From contig OY781964.1 in assembly GCA_963677485.1 (NCBI GenBank), forward strand, positions 1,152,001 to 1,216,000: a stretch of 64,000 nt of DNA, in the 5' to 3' direction. Positions 40,134 through 50,187 of this stretch are shown here, piece by piece (the first letter of the stretch is position 1; the number at the start of each line of letters is the position of its first letter). Both the position numbers and the translations under genes were made by a program. The notes under the pieces were generated by a model. It was not told the origin of the DNA. It saw nothing but the letters and a program-made list of their open reading frames with translations, and did not search any database. Source of the stretch: Armatimonadota bacterium. Lineage in GTDB: Bacteria; Armatimonadota; HRBIN16.

Positions 40134-40266
40134 CGGGGAAGGGAGCGGGCGCGGTCTCCGCGCCCAGGGGCGGGGTGACCCCGCCCCTACATCGTTTCCT
40201 AATCTGCGTCATCTGCGTCATCTGTGGATGACCCTTCGCGTCTTCGCGTCTTCGCGTGAGAAAAGG

Positions 40267-42177
40267 CTACTCGGCCTGAAGGCGCTCGAGCTCTTCGGAG
40301 ACGGCGGACCACTGCTCGGTCAACTGCTCAAGCTTGGTCTGCAAGAGGTCATACTCGTCGCCCAGCCGCTTGGCACTGCCGTCCAGATAAGGGTCGGTGC
40401 TGGCCAGTGACGCGGAGATCGCCTCCAGACGGGCCTCCACGGCGGCGATGGCCTCCTCCAGCTCCTTCTGACGGTTGTTCAACCGCTTCAGATTCTGCTT
40501 GATCTGCTTAGCTGTGTTACTCGGTCGTTTGTCGGATATGACGGTATGCAGAGGCACATCCGCCTGCTTCATAGCCAATCGAGCCATCACCTTCTGCCGG
40601 TAGTCGGTGTAAGTGCCCAGATAGCTATGGGTGTGGCCATCACGGAACTCAAGCACCCTGTCCACCACCGCGTCCAGCAAATAGCGGTCATGGCTGGCGA
40701 TCATCACGGCACCATCAAACTTGCGGATGGCGTTCTCCAGTGCCTCACGGCTCAGGATGTCCAGGTGGTTGGTCGGCTCATCCAGCAGCAGCAGGTTCGG
40801 TCGCTGGGCTAACAGCTTGGCCAATGCCAGCCGACAGAGCTCACCACCCGACAGCGAGCTGACCCGCTTGAAAACATCATCGCCCATGAACAGGAACCGT
40901 GCCAGCAGGTCTCGCGACTCATTCGCGGTCAGGTTGGCGTCCATCAGCAGTTCCTCGATCACCTCAAGGTTGGGGTCGAGGTGTTCAAACTGCTGCGCGA
41001 AGTAGACCGCATTCACGCGCATCCCCATCTCCACTTCACCCGAATCGGCCTCTATCAAACCGGCGACCACCTTCAGGAAGGTGCTCTTGCCAGAACCGTT
41101 AGGACCGACCAGCGCCACTTTCTGGCCCCGCTCAAGGATGAAGTCCATATCTTGAAACAGCTCTTTTTCGCCAAACCCCTTGCTCAGCTCAGCCACGCGG
41201 ATCACTTCACGTCCGCTTCGCATCGTCTCACCCAAATCAGCATGCATCTGCTTGGAGGAGCTGGTTTTGGCCACTTTCTTGATCCGCTCAAGCTCCTTCA
41301 GCTTCGAGTCGCGACGACTGAACTTTCGATGGCTAAACAGCTTCTGCACGCTGGCCTCGATGCGTGCGATCTCCCGCTGTTGCAGCGAGTAAAGCTTCGC
41401 CTGCTCTTCGCGTCGTTTGGCTTTGAGCACTGCGAACAACGTGTAGTTGCCGCTGTAGCTGACCGCCTCCCCGGCATCGAGCTCAATCACGCGGCTGACC
41501 ACCGCATCCATAAAGTAACGGTCGTGGCTGACGATCAGTGCCGCCCCGCTGTACCGCTCCAGCAGAAAAGATTGAAGCCATTCGCAGCCCTCGATATCCA
41601 GGTGGTTAGTCGGTTCGTCCAGCAGCAGCAGGTCAGGCGACTGCAGCAGCAGCCGGGCCAAACTGGCGCGGGTCTTCTGCCCGCCGCTCAGCGATTCGGT
41701 CTCCTGCTGCAGCTCCGCTTCTGAGAAACCCAGGGCGTCCAGATACTGTGCAGCTTGCGCCTTCAGGCTATATCCCTCAATTGCCTCGAACTGGTGGCTA
41801 AGGTCGGCGTAGCGTGACCCCAGCTCAATCGCTTCAGCGGTGGTGGCGTGGCCAAGGAGGTCTTCCACATCCTGCAGCTCGACGGCCAGCTCCGTCAGTC
41901 CTGGTCGAATGCCCAGCACAGCCTGATGCAGAGTGGCACCCTCGGGCAGATCGCAAATCTGCGGCAGGTAGCCGATTGTCAGCCCGTTTTGAATGCCCAC
42001 ATTGCCAGAATCGGCTTTTTCAAACCCCATGATGATTTTGAGCAGCGTGCTTTTGCCGGTGCCATTACCGCCGATGATGGCCACCCGTTCCCGCCCATTC
42101 ACCAGAAGGTTTAGGTCGTTGAACAGCACTTGTGGGCCGAAGGCTTTTGCGAGGTGGTTTACAGTTAAAATTGCCAT
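40267..42177 (-). CDS. ABC-F family ATP-binding protein with C-terminal coiled coil
   Basis: Two ABC domains ('GGNGTGKST', 'LSGGQK', 'LLLDEPTNHLD' twice) and no TM segments. Confidence 0.93.
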   Translation of the reverse strand: MAILTVNHLAKAFGPQVLFNDLNLLVNGRERVAIIGGNGTGKSTLLKIIMGFEKADSGNVGIQNGLTIGYLPQICDLPEGATLHQAVLGIRPGLTELAVELQDVEDLLGHATTAEAIELGSRYADLSHQFEAIEGYSLKAQAAQYLDALGFSEAELQQETESLSGGQKTRASLARLLLQSPDLLLLDEPTNHLDIEGCEWLQSFLLERYSGAALIVSHDRYFMDAVVSRVIELDAGEAVSYSGNYTLFAVLKAKRREEQAKLYSLQQREIARIEASVQKLFSHRKFSRRDSKLKELERIKKVAKTSSSKQMHADLGETMRSGREVIRVAELSKGFGEKELFQDMDFILERGQKVALVGPNGSGKSTFLKVVAGLIEADSGEVEMGMRVNAVYFAQQFEHLDPNLEVIEELLMDANLTANESRDLLARFLFMGDDVFKRVSSLSGGELCRLALAKLLAQRPNLLLLDEPTNHLDILSREALENAIRKFDGAVMIASHDRYLLDAVVDRVLEFRDGHTHSYLGTYTDYRQKVMARLAMKQADVPLHTVISDKRPSNTAKQIKQNLKRLNNRQKELEEAIAAVEARLEAISASLASTDPYLDGSAKRLGDEYDLLQTKLEQLTEQWSAVSEELERLQAE

Positions 42178-42341
42178 AGCATTATCATTATAACGGGCTG
42201 CGCGTTTTCGTGCCTTTTCTTGCTGCTGCGGCTTGATATGTTCGTCGATGAATCAACGCAACAGAGATGACATAAGCAAACATCCGGACACCTTGATATG
42301 GTGGGTGGCCTTACTTTTAAATGAAGATATTCTGTAAAATA

Positions 42342-42374
42342 TATATGTATATAAAACATTTGTATATACATATA
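42342..42374. promoter_or_regulatory. AT-rich island with a perfect 12-bp inverted repeat (candidate operator)
   Basis: TATATGTATATA-N9-TATATACATATA in the divergent promoter region between the ABC-F and pentapeptide-repeat genes. Confidence 0.45.
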
Positions 42375-42666
42375 GTGCAGATATATAAGTATATCATTGA
42401 CATATTTATGAATATAGTAACGATTATACTATACGCAATCTGTTATACATACATATCGAAATATCCCATCATGATTGACTGCAGAATGAGGGCATGATAT
42501 CTAGTCTCAAGCGCAGAGGACGTACGTAGAACAGGAGTGCAGACTTAGTAATCAACGAAATACTATGCACGGATGAGAATACCGACACACTGGTCATCAC
42601 CTGGAAATGGTGCCCATATCCACACGAATGATGCAGGTTTTTCATAACCAGCTTAGAAAGGAGTCG

Positions 42667-43605
42667 ATGCAGACAATGTATATCCAAATACGAGATATCG
42701 AAGGGACGGCCATCATCGCCGGAGACTACCCTGATATCAAATCTGTTGTTCAAAACCGAAGAGAGATACTTGGACCAGGCAATGCTAAAGGAAACGACCT
42801 GTCAAAAGCCGACCTGAGCGGGGCCAAGCTGGCATATACCAATCTGGAAGCGGTCCAGTTGTGGGGCTCCAACCTTCAGAATGCTGACCTATCGGCTGCC
42901 AATCTGGAAGGGGCAAAACTGGTGAAGGCTAACCTCTCCGGCGCAAACCTATCCAACGCCAACCTGCGCGGTGCGACCCTTAGCAATGCCATATTGGTCG
43001 GTGCCTGCCTTCAAGGGGCAGATATGAGTAATGCGAATCTGGTGGGCTCTGATCTGAGTAACGCCAGGCTAGCTGGTGCGAACCTCAGCGGGGCCTGGTT
43101 GAACTACACCATTCTGGCCAACACAGATATGCAGGACGTCAATCTAAACGGTGCTAAGATGAACGACGCCGTGTTAACGGGAGCCAATTTAAGCCGAGCG
43201 GAGCTCACAAATGCCATCCTGTCTTCAGCCGATCTGAATGGCGCGAACCTGAAAGATGCAAGGATGAACCACGCAAAAATGCTGAAGGCAGAACTGTGTG
43301 ACACCAACCTTGAGGGGGCCGACCTGTGCGATGTTATACTGCGTAACGCCCGCATGAGGGGCGCCAATCTACAGGGTGCCCGTATGTGTCGCGGTCTATT
43401 AATGTGCGTAGATCTGCATAGTGCTAACTTCTCGGGATCTGACTTGACCGAGGCCGATTTTACCAACGCGAAGTTAACAGCAGCCAATTTCCAAGGTGCC
43501 AATCTATACGGAGCGAAGCTGAATAAGGCGCACCTGCACAATGCCAATTTGATGTATGCCAATCTGTTACACACCGACTTCACCGATGTGAACTGGGTCA
43601 TATAA
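42667..43605 (+). CDS. Pentapeptide repeat protein
   Basis: Long A(D/N)Lxx repeat run. AAAGGAG RBS. Confidence 0.93.
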   Translation: MQTMYIQIRDIEGTAIIAGDYPDIKSVVQNRREILGPGNAKGNDLSKADLSGAKLAYTNLEAVQLWGSNLQNADLSAANLEGAKLVKANLSGANLSNANLRGATLSNAILVGACLQGADMSNANLVGSDLSNARLAGANLSGAWLNYTILANTDMQDVNLNGAKMNDAVLTGANLSRAELTNAILSSADLNGANLKDARMNHAKMLKAELCDTNLEGADLCDVILRNARMRGANLQGARMCRGLLMCVDLHSANFSGSDLTEADFTNAKLTAANFQGANLYGAKLNKAHLHNANLMYANLLHTDFTDVNWVI

Positions 43606-43730
43606 CATGCCCGGTAACCAGCGCGGTTTCCTTTCCGCGCTGGCTTTCGGGTGTATACCGACAAACCCACACTTGAAGGTGTGATCTGCTATACTCTTCG
43701 CGCCGTCAACTGCGGTGTCGGGTGAGATCT

Positions 43731-43879
43731 CCCCCATTCGCGTTCATTCGCGTTCATCCGTGGTTAAAAGAAGACCGGTAGGATGAGTAGGTCGAGTAGG
43801 ACAGGTGCCATACCCGCGCGCTATCGCGTGAGACCTTCCCCATTCGCGTTCATTCGCGTTCATCCATGGTTAAAAGAAT
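43731..43879. repeat. Direct repeat pair of a microrepeat module
   Basis: CCCCATTCGCGTTCATTCGCGTTCATCCRTGGTTAAAAGAA occurs twice, flanking GTAGGATGAGTAGGTCGAGTAGG. Confidence 0.75.
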
Positions 43880-44041
43880 ACCGGGTGAGAATGCGGCTCA
43901 GTTACAATACCCTTCACGCGAGATACACCCAATCTACTAAAATTACCGCTACCTAAAAGAAGGAACACCATAACCAACTGACGAAACTACAAATAGTCAT
44001 CACGACAGACAATACTCTTGAAATAACAAAGGATCGAAACA

Positions 44042-45364
44042 ATGCCCAAAAAAATCGCCTTTATCGGAGCGGGCAGCTTCGGATTCACACGCGGACTTGT
44101 CCGTGACCTGCTCACCTTCCCGGCTTTCGCGGACGCCACCATCATGCTGATGGACATCGACCCTGAGCGGTTGGCATTCATCACACAAGCTGTGAACAAT
44201 ATCGTCGAAGCGGGGAAATACCCAGCCACCGTCATCGCCACCAACAGCCGCAAAGAGGCTCTTGAGGGAGCAGACGGCGTGCTCTGCACCATCCTGCAGG
44301 GCGGCGTAGATATCTTCCGCAGCGACATCGAAATCCCCATGAAGTATGGCGTCGACATCAATGTCGGCGATACCCGCGGTCCGGCCGGTATCTTCCGCGC
44401 CCTCCGCACCATCCCTGTGATGCTGAGCATCGCCGCCGACATCGAGAAATACTGCCCGAACGCGGTGTTCCTCAACTACACCAACCCCATGGCTATGCTC
44501 TGCCGCGCCATGCAGGGCCAGTTCCCCAAACTCACCATCAGCGGCCTGTGCCACAGTGTTCAGGGAACCGCCCACCAACTGGCAAACTGGATCGGCGCCC
44601 CGATGGATGAAATCACCTACACCAGCGCTGGTATCAACCACCAGTCATGGTATATCGACTTCCTGTGGAACGGGAAGGACGCCAACCCGCTGATCAAAGA
44701 GGCCATCCTCAGCAAGCCTGAGATATACAACGAAGAACTGGTGCGCAACGAGCTGTTCCTGCACATGGGCTACTATATCACCGAGTCCAGCGGCCATAAC
44801 AGCGAATACTGCGCCTGGTTCCGCAAGCGCAAAGACCTGATCGAAAAATACTGCACCCATGGCACAGGCTGGAACCCCGGTATCCACGCCTACATTTTGG
44901 ATGAGTATCTGAAAATCAAGGACAACTGGCGAGACGGCATCAAAGACCAGCTTGCTCAGCCCATCGACCTTAACCGAGGGGCCGAATACGCCACCAACAT
45001 CTTCAACGCCATCTTTGGCGACGGGACGATGTATAAGTTCAACGGCAACGTGCCCAACAAGAACCTCATCGACAACCTGCCTTACGATTGCTGCGTCGAA
45101 GTTCCTGTGCTGGCCAGCCGCCGTGGCTTGGAGCCGATCGCGGTCGGTGCTCTGCCTCCGCAGTGTGCCCTTCTCACCGGCACCAGTGCGCAGATCGAAG
45201 ACCTGGCAGTTGCCGGCTGTCTAGAGGGTGACCGACAGAAGATTCGCCAGGCGAACTACTTCGATCCACTATCAGCCGCCGTGCTCAGCCTGGAAGAGAT
45301 CGACAACATGGTTGACGAGATGTTCGAGGCCAACCGCGGATACCTGCCGACCTTCGGTATGTAG
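44042..45364 (+). CDS. melA: Alpha-galactosidase, GH4 (NAD+-dependent)
   Basis: 'KIAFIGAGS', 'LNYTNPM', 'GLCHSVQ', 'GINHQ', '[10 protein letters not shown]'. Confidence 0.9.
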   Translation: MPKKIAFIGAGSFGFTRGLVRDLLTFPAFADATIMLMDIDPERLAFITQAVNNIVEAGKYPATVIATNSRKEALEGADGVLCTILQGGVDIFRSDIEIPMKYGVDINVGDTRGPAGIFRALRTIPVMLSIAADIEKYCPNAVFLNYTNPMAMLCRAMQGQFPKLTISGLCHSVQGTAHQLANWIGAPMDEITYTSAGINHQSWYIDFLWNGKDANPLIKEAILSKPEIYNEELVRNELFLHMGYYITESSGHNSEYCAWFRKRKDLIEKYCTHGTGWNPGIHAYILDEYLKIKDNWRDGIKDQLAQPIDLNRGAEYATNIFNAIFGDGTMYKFNGNVPNKNLIDNLPYDCCVEVPVLASRRGLEPIAVGALPPQCALLTGTSAQIEDLAVAGCLEGDRQKIRQANYFDPLSAAVLSLEEIDNMVDEMFEANRGYLPTFGM

Positions 45365-45380
45365 TTTCCAGAAATCAACA

Positions 45381-45417
45381 AGAGCTCGCTCCCAAAAGGG
45401 GCGAGCTTTTTGCTTTT
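45381..45417 (+). terminator. Intrinsic terminator
   Basis: AGCTCGCTCC-CAAAA-GGGGCGAGCT followed by a T-run. Confidence 0.75.
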
Positions 45418-45452
45418 CGCCCGACGAATTCTCCGTAAAGGTGATGTATGAT

Positions 45453-47408
45453 ATGGAGTTCTATCTGCTGATCTGCCAACGCTTCGCGGAGTTGAAACTG
45501 CGATCAGGCATCCCGGCCCAATCAACGGTGACAGGCTGGATGAAGCTGCTGGACTCGAACGGTCGTTTCAGCGACATCAATTACGCAGACCGCGGTGTGG
45601 CTACCTGGCAGCCTGGTGTTCATGTTTCTCGTATGGCCGATATGGCACGGGCCTACTCATACCCCTCCGGTGCGATGTACCACTCGGCACCCCTTCTAGA
45701 GGCCATACAGAATGCGTTGGAGTTCTGGGTCAAACATAGATACCAATGCCCCAACTGGTGGTATAACCGCATCGGCATACCATTGAATATGCAGATCGTG
45801 GCTGTCTTCCTACAGCCCATGCTAACGAAACAGCAGCTTGAAGGTGCTTTACAGATACTGGACCAGGCCGGGCCGGTTGAGCTCACAGCCGCAAACCTGC
45901 TTTGGGTCGCGGACATTGTGATCCACCGCGCAGCATTGCGCGGCCATACCGATGAGCTGATTTCAACACTGCATCGTGTGTGGCAAGAGGTGACCGTGGG
46001 TGGCGGCGAAGGCATTCAGACCGACGGCAGCTATTATCAGCACGGACACAGACTGCAGAGCCATCAATACGGTGAAGCGTTTATCACCACCATGACCGAG
46101 TTAGCCTGGCAGGTTCGGGATACCCCGTATGCGATTCCGACGGCGAAGCGGGACATCATCACGAGCTGCATTGTCAACGGCCTAGGCTGGATGTCGCGAG
46201 GGGATTACATCACACCGGCAACCATCGACCGTTCGGTCGTCCGCACCCGGGCCATGCGGGTGAGCCAGTCAAGCATGCTGGAGCTTTGGATGCAGGTGGT
46301 ACCGTCTAACCTGCGCAGCGCGCTGGATCGCACGCAAGGTATCATCCAGGATACGCAGACCACACCGTCCGGCTGCCGTTACTTTCCATATGGTGACCTC
46401 GCAGTGATACGTAACAGCAAATGGAGCTTCTTCCTGAAGACCATCAGCAAGCAGACGGAGTTGACTGAATCGATCAACGGCGAAAACCTGAAGGGTGTGC
46501 CCTATCTGAACTGCGGAAATCACTGGTTGCTAAAGAATGGTCAGGAGTATCTTGACACCGTCCCCCTTTGGGACTGGAGCCAGTTGCCAGGATTATCCGG
46601 CACCGCCAGGGATACAACTCCCGTGAAACCAGGCCGTGTCGCCGGACTATCGGACGGCAATCAGGGGATGGTCAGTATGCCGTTCATACGAAAGCAGGGC
46701 GATGCGAAATGGACATTGCTCAAGAGCTGGTTCCTCACGCAGCAAGGAGTGATCTGCCTCATCACCCCCGACGATACGGACCAACCCTCTGCTCGGTTAA
46801 GCACCAGCCTGGAGCAATGCCGCATCCAAAGCGATGTGTTTGTCAGCGCGGATGGGCAGGTGCGTAAGCTGCGAATCGGCCAACATATTGAGGACTGCGA
46901 CTGGGTTTGGCATCACGGCGTCTTGTATGCCAGCTATCAGGCGGGTCAACTATGTGTCAGCTTGGATCACAGGAAGGGAAACTGGCACGATATCAGCACA
47001 GAGGGTTCTGGTGACTGTGAAGCCGATATGCTGGGGGTATGGCTCAGGCATACCGGCGATGAGTCGTGTGCCACAGCAATCTGGCCGGACCAGCCAACAC
47101 CCAAGGACGCTGGCAAAGCAGGCATTCCTACCGTGGAGGTGCTGTCGAACAACAGTCACATGCAAGCCGTGCAGCTTTCATCGTCCACCACGATGGCGGT
47201 TTTCTACGACGCGGCTCAGCTCAAACTTCCGAAAGGTTCCACCGCGGTGGATAAGGCCTGCATGGTGCTTCGTATGGAGAGCAAGCTGTGTGTGGCCGGC
47301 TGGAGTGACCAAACGGGGGGCAAGCTCGGTATAAAGGTGGACGGTCAGAAACACACATCGACCCTGCCTGGTTATTTAAAATCCAAACCTGCCGTAGTAA
47401 AGCTGTAG
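45453..47408 (+). CDS. Polysaccharide lyase family 8 (chondroitin/hyaluronate/xanthan lyase-like)
   Basis: 'NWWYNRIGIP', 'TAANLLW', 'EGIQTDGSYYQHG', 'ESINGENLKG', 'WDWSQLPG'. Start codon uncertain (45444 or 45453). Confidence 0.88.
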   Translation: MEFYLLICQRFAELKLRSGIPAQSTVTGWMKLLDSNGRFSDINYADRGVATWQPGVHVSRMADMARAYSYPSGAMYHSAPLLEAIQNALEFWVKHRYQCPNWWYNRIGIPLNMQIVAVFLQPMLTKQQLEGALQILDQAGPVELTAANLLWVADIVIHRAALRGHTDELISTLHRVWQEVTVGGGEGIQTDGSYYQHGHRLQSHQYGEAFITTMTELAWQVRDTPYAIPTAKRDIITSCIVNGLGWMSRGDYITPATIDRSVVRTRAMRVSQSSMLELWMQVVPSNLRSALDRTQGIIQDTQTTPSGCRYFPYGDLAVIRNSKWSFFLKTISKQTELTESINGENLKGVPYLNCGNHWLLKNGQEYLDTVPLWDWSQLPGLSGTARDTTPVKPGRVAGLSDGNQGMVSMPFIRKQGDAKWTLLKSWFLTQQGVICLITPDDTDQPSARLSTSLEQCRIQSDVFVSADGQVRKLRIGQHIEDCDWVWHHGVLYASYQAGQLCVSLDHRKGNWHDISTEGSGDCEADMLGVWLRHTGDESCATAIWPDQPTPKDAGKAGIPTVEVLSNNSHMQAVQLSSSTTMAVFYDAAQLKLPKGSTAVDKACMVLRMESKLCVAGWSDQTGGKLGIKVDGQKHTSTLPGYLKSKPAVVKL

Positions 47409-47569
47409 AGTCACCACCCAACCAAGTGCGATCCGGTCCTAATCTGCGTGATTTGCGTCATCTGTGGACTGATTCATCCGTGTCTGTTCGTGTCCATTCG
47501 TGGTTACACAAAATGACGTACATGTGTGGTCAAGCGCCTACCTAATAGCTCTCCACAGGTGTCCCATGC

Positions 47570-47603
47570 ATCATAACAGCCCGCCGAAGCGGGCTGTTAT
47601 GAT
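47570..47603. terminator. Strong hairpin between convergent genes (bidirectional terminator)
   Basis: ATCATAACAGCCCGC-CGAA-GCGGGCTGTTATGAT. Confidence 0.7.
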
Positions 47604-47630
47604 TCTCACGGGCGAAAGACGGGCGAAAGA

Positions 47631-48866
47631 CTAGCTGATGAGCCCCTCGATGCGGGCATCCAGTGCACCCTGATCCGTGGCGAAGCTCTCCAAAGCGGCG
47701 TTCGTCAGCAGATCATCCAGTGCCACCTCATCGGACCAATGAGCTAGCACTGGGATTTTGCCATCTTTGCTGATGGTCTTCCGCTGTTCCGGGGTGAACG
47801 GGGTGAACATGTCGATGTCATACTGCTCAGCCAATGCGACAAGCTGTTCGCCTGAGATGATTGCATCACCGAGTTCGACGGCTTTGTCAGCAAACTCCAT
47901 GAACTTGGGGCAGAGCTGCCACAGGTAGCTCACACGCAGGTCCTCTACCTTAACCAGCAGCTCAGTCGATTCGTGCCGAGTGACTTCGCTGCATGGGGTA
48001 GGCGCCTCAAGGAACTGCTTCGCGGCCGATGGCGGGATGGTATGCACATCCACACCTGCCAGCAGAGCCACTTGGTCACCATTCCGCATAGAGGCGGCGA
48101 TCAACTTCGTGGGTGTCTTACCTGCTGCGCGCAGCCGTCTCAACGCTTCGACTGTGGCCAGGGTGACTTTTTCGCCCACATTGGCCGCTTCACCAATTTT
48201 GTTGTCAGCCACCAGCACGCCAATGCGTCCAAGGAAGACATTGACATAGGCCGGCTTGCTAAACAGGGCCGCCAACACGTTCTGGCGCACACTAAAGCCC
48301 AAGGTGTAGTTGATGGGCACACCAGCGGCAGCCAGTTTACGGGCGACGATGTATCCAGCCGGTGTGATGGGAACCTTGATGATGAAGAATTCGGGGTTTA
48401 TGGCAAAGTAGCGCAGACCGAAGTTCACGGAGGCTTCAATGTCGTTGGCATAGGCCGGATGCAGCTCCACACTGACCTTCACGCCGAACTTTTGCACCAG
48501 GCTTAAGGCCAGCTTCGCATTGGCAAGGAAGCCAATTTCCACCAGTAAGTCGCGGCCGGAGATTTCCGGGCGGGCGGCTTTCAGCTTGGATGCTGCTGAT
48601 TTGATGAACTCATCTAGTGCGCCGGTCTGGATCACCTGGTTCACCAGTGTGTTGTTGGTGGTCAGAGCACCTAGTTCGGGAGCCCATGCTTTCACTGCGG
48701 CTGAGGCATCGCCTGTATCAATCCAGGGGGTAGTGCCAAGCTCACGTAGACGGGCGTATTTAGGCTGCGAAGGGGCATCGTAGGATCCCGCTCCTGTGTA
48801 ACCGTCCAAGGCCAGCCCTTGAACTAGCTTCGCCAGTGTTTCATCAAAATGGATATCTTTACTCAT
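47631..48866 (-). CDS. tal: Transaldolase family protein
   Basis: 'PWIDTGD', 'LTTNNTL', 'VSVEL', Schiff-base Lys in 'IIKVP', 'NYTLGFS', 'IAASMR'. GGAGGA RBS. Confidence 0.8.
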   Translation of the reverse strand: MSKDIHFDETLAKLVQGLALDGYTGAGSYDAPSQPKYARLRELGTTPWIDTGDASAAVKAWAPELGALTTNNTLVNQVIQTGALDEFIKSAASKLKAARPEISGRDLLVEIGFLANAKLALSLVQKFGVKVSVELHPAYANDIEASVNFGLRYFAINPEFFIIKVPITPAGYIVARKLAAAGVPINYTLGFSVRQNVLAALFSKPAYVNVFLGRIGVLVADNKIGEAANVGEKVTLATVEALRRLRAAGKTPTKLIAASMRNGDQVALLAGVDVHTIPPSAAKQFLEAPTPCSEVTRHESTELLVKVEDLRVSYLWQLCPKFMEFADKAVELGDAIISGEQLVALAEQYDIDMFTPFTPEQRKTISKDGKIPVLAHWSDEVALDDLLTNAALESFATDQGALDARIEGLIS

Positions 48867-48960
48867 TGTGTGTCCTCCGGTAGATATCACACCGGTAGCT
48901 TTACAGTCAGGAACCGGTGCGAGTGTTGCATGTAGCACCAATTGGGGTACATGTGACAAC

Positions 48961-48994
48961 GCACGCGGAGTAAATTTTCACTTACCCCGCGTGC
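48961..48994 (-). terminator. Hairpin downstream of the exonuclease-zinc-finger gene
   Basis: GCACGCGG...CCGCGTGC stem. Confidence 0.5.
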
Positions 48995-49011
48995 CGAAAT
49001 ATGATCAACCC

Positions 49012-50187
49012 CTAATAGTTAGAGGGTTTTGGCCTTTCACATCGGTAACAGATGCTGCGGCGTGCGAAGTTGGATTCCCCACAGCCAGAGCAAGTCCAGT
49101 CACCAGGATTCTCATTCCCCGAATCGCTGGAACGCCGGGAGTAACCTCCCTGACCACCGCCAGCCGAGGCCGGCTTACGCGCACCACATCGGAAACAGCT
49201 CGTGCGACGGGCGAAGTTGGATGCGTTGCAGTCTGGACAGTTCCAGTCGCCGTCTCGCTGCTCCATCCGGCCGCCGCCAGATGGTGCATCACCACCACCC
49301 GGTTTTGGTGTGTTGCACTCCATACATACGGATCGCCGGGCGAAGTTCAATTTGTTACAACTCGGGCAAAGCCAGTCGCCCGGTTTCATCTGCGGTTCAG
49401 GCATTATACTCTCCACGGTAGATTTCATAGTTTCGTTCGTTCTCGGGCGTTTGCAGTTGAAGCAAGCCGTCCGATGGGCATAGTTGGTTGTGTTGCACTG
49501 CGGACACAGCCAGTCGCCTGGTTCCATCTTCACCCAAACGGCGTTGCACGCGCGGCATTCGGTGGCACTGAGTACCACTTCGGCGCCGCAACGTGGGCAT
49601 CGGCCGTTGGAGTTAGCAGATATCGGTGCCTGCATCTTCAACATATGCAGCACAATCTGAGCCAGCGAGCGTGCGTCATCTATCCCGCAGTCAGGGGTTC
49701 CGCTGTGCTCCAGACCACAATGCTCCAGCATATGGCTAAGGTCCAGGCGGTCGCTGTTGATCTGGCGGTAGAAGTCCTTAAACGCCACCTTCATGTTGCA
49801 CCAGCGAGCGGCCCAGTCCGGCATCGGCTGCTGCATGGTCAGGCATTGCTGCCTGAGCAGGATGTCGATGTCGAAGTCACCGCAAATGACGGCTAGACCC
49901 TCTTCATACCCCTTCTCAATCAGCCATTTTTGCACATTCACCAAAATATCCGAAAAAGAGGGAGCTGAAGCTACATCCTTCTGGGTGATGCCGGTAAGCT
50001 CAGCGCAATAAGCAGTAAGCTGAGGGTGGATCGATGGTTTGACAAAACTCCGGAATTCATCAATCACAGTATCGGATTCGGTATCAACCACAACAATAGG
50101 GAACTCGATCAACTCTGGCGGGTGAAGCGGCTGCGGGTCATCACAAGTCGTTTCAAAGTCCATTACCAATAGATATTTTGGGTACAC
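49012..50187 (-). CDS. ERI1/3'hExo-like DEDD 3'-5' exonuclease fused to a zinc ribbon and four RanBP2-type zinc fingers
   Basis: 'VMDFETTC...ELIEFP...FVKP...LTAYCAELTGITQ..V', 'WCNMK', 'GIDDA'. Four GDWxCxxCxxxN[FY]AxRxxCxxC fingers. GTG start with AGGAGG RBS. Confidence 0.9.
   Translation of the reverse strand: MYPKYLLVMDFETTCDDPQPLHPPELIEFPIVVVDTESDTVIDEFRSFVKPSIHPQLTAYCAELTGITQKDVASAPSFSDILVNVQKWLIEKGYEEGLAVICGDFDIDILLRQQCLTMQQPMPDWAARWCNMKVAFKDFYRQINSDRLDLSHMLEHCGLEHSGTPDCGIDDARSLAQIVLHMLKMQAPISANSNGRCPRCGAEVVLSATECRACNAVWVKMEPGDWLCPQCNTTNYAHRTACFNCKRPRTNETMKSTVESIMPEPQMKPGDWLCPSCNKLNFARRSVCMECNTPKPGGGDAPSGGGRMEQRDGDWNCPDCNASNFARRTSCFRCGARKPASAGGGQGGYSRRSSDSGNENPGDWTCSGCGESNFARRSICYRCERPKPSNY

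Noticed and set aside
42667-43605. Pentapeptide protein as Qnr/MfpA quinolone-resistance determinant
   Set aside because: Generic A(D/N)Lxx repeats without recognisable Qnr loops, so the function cannot be assigned.
43731-43879. Direct repeats separated by a spacer, superficially CRISPR-like
   Set aside because: Only two units, internally repetitive, the spacer is itself a known microrepeat, and there are no cas genes.
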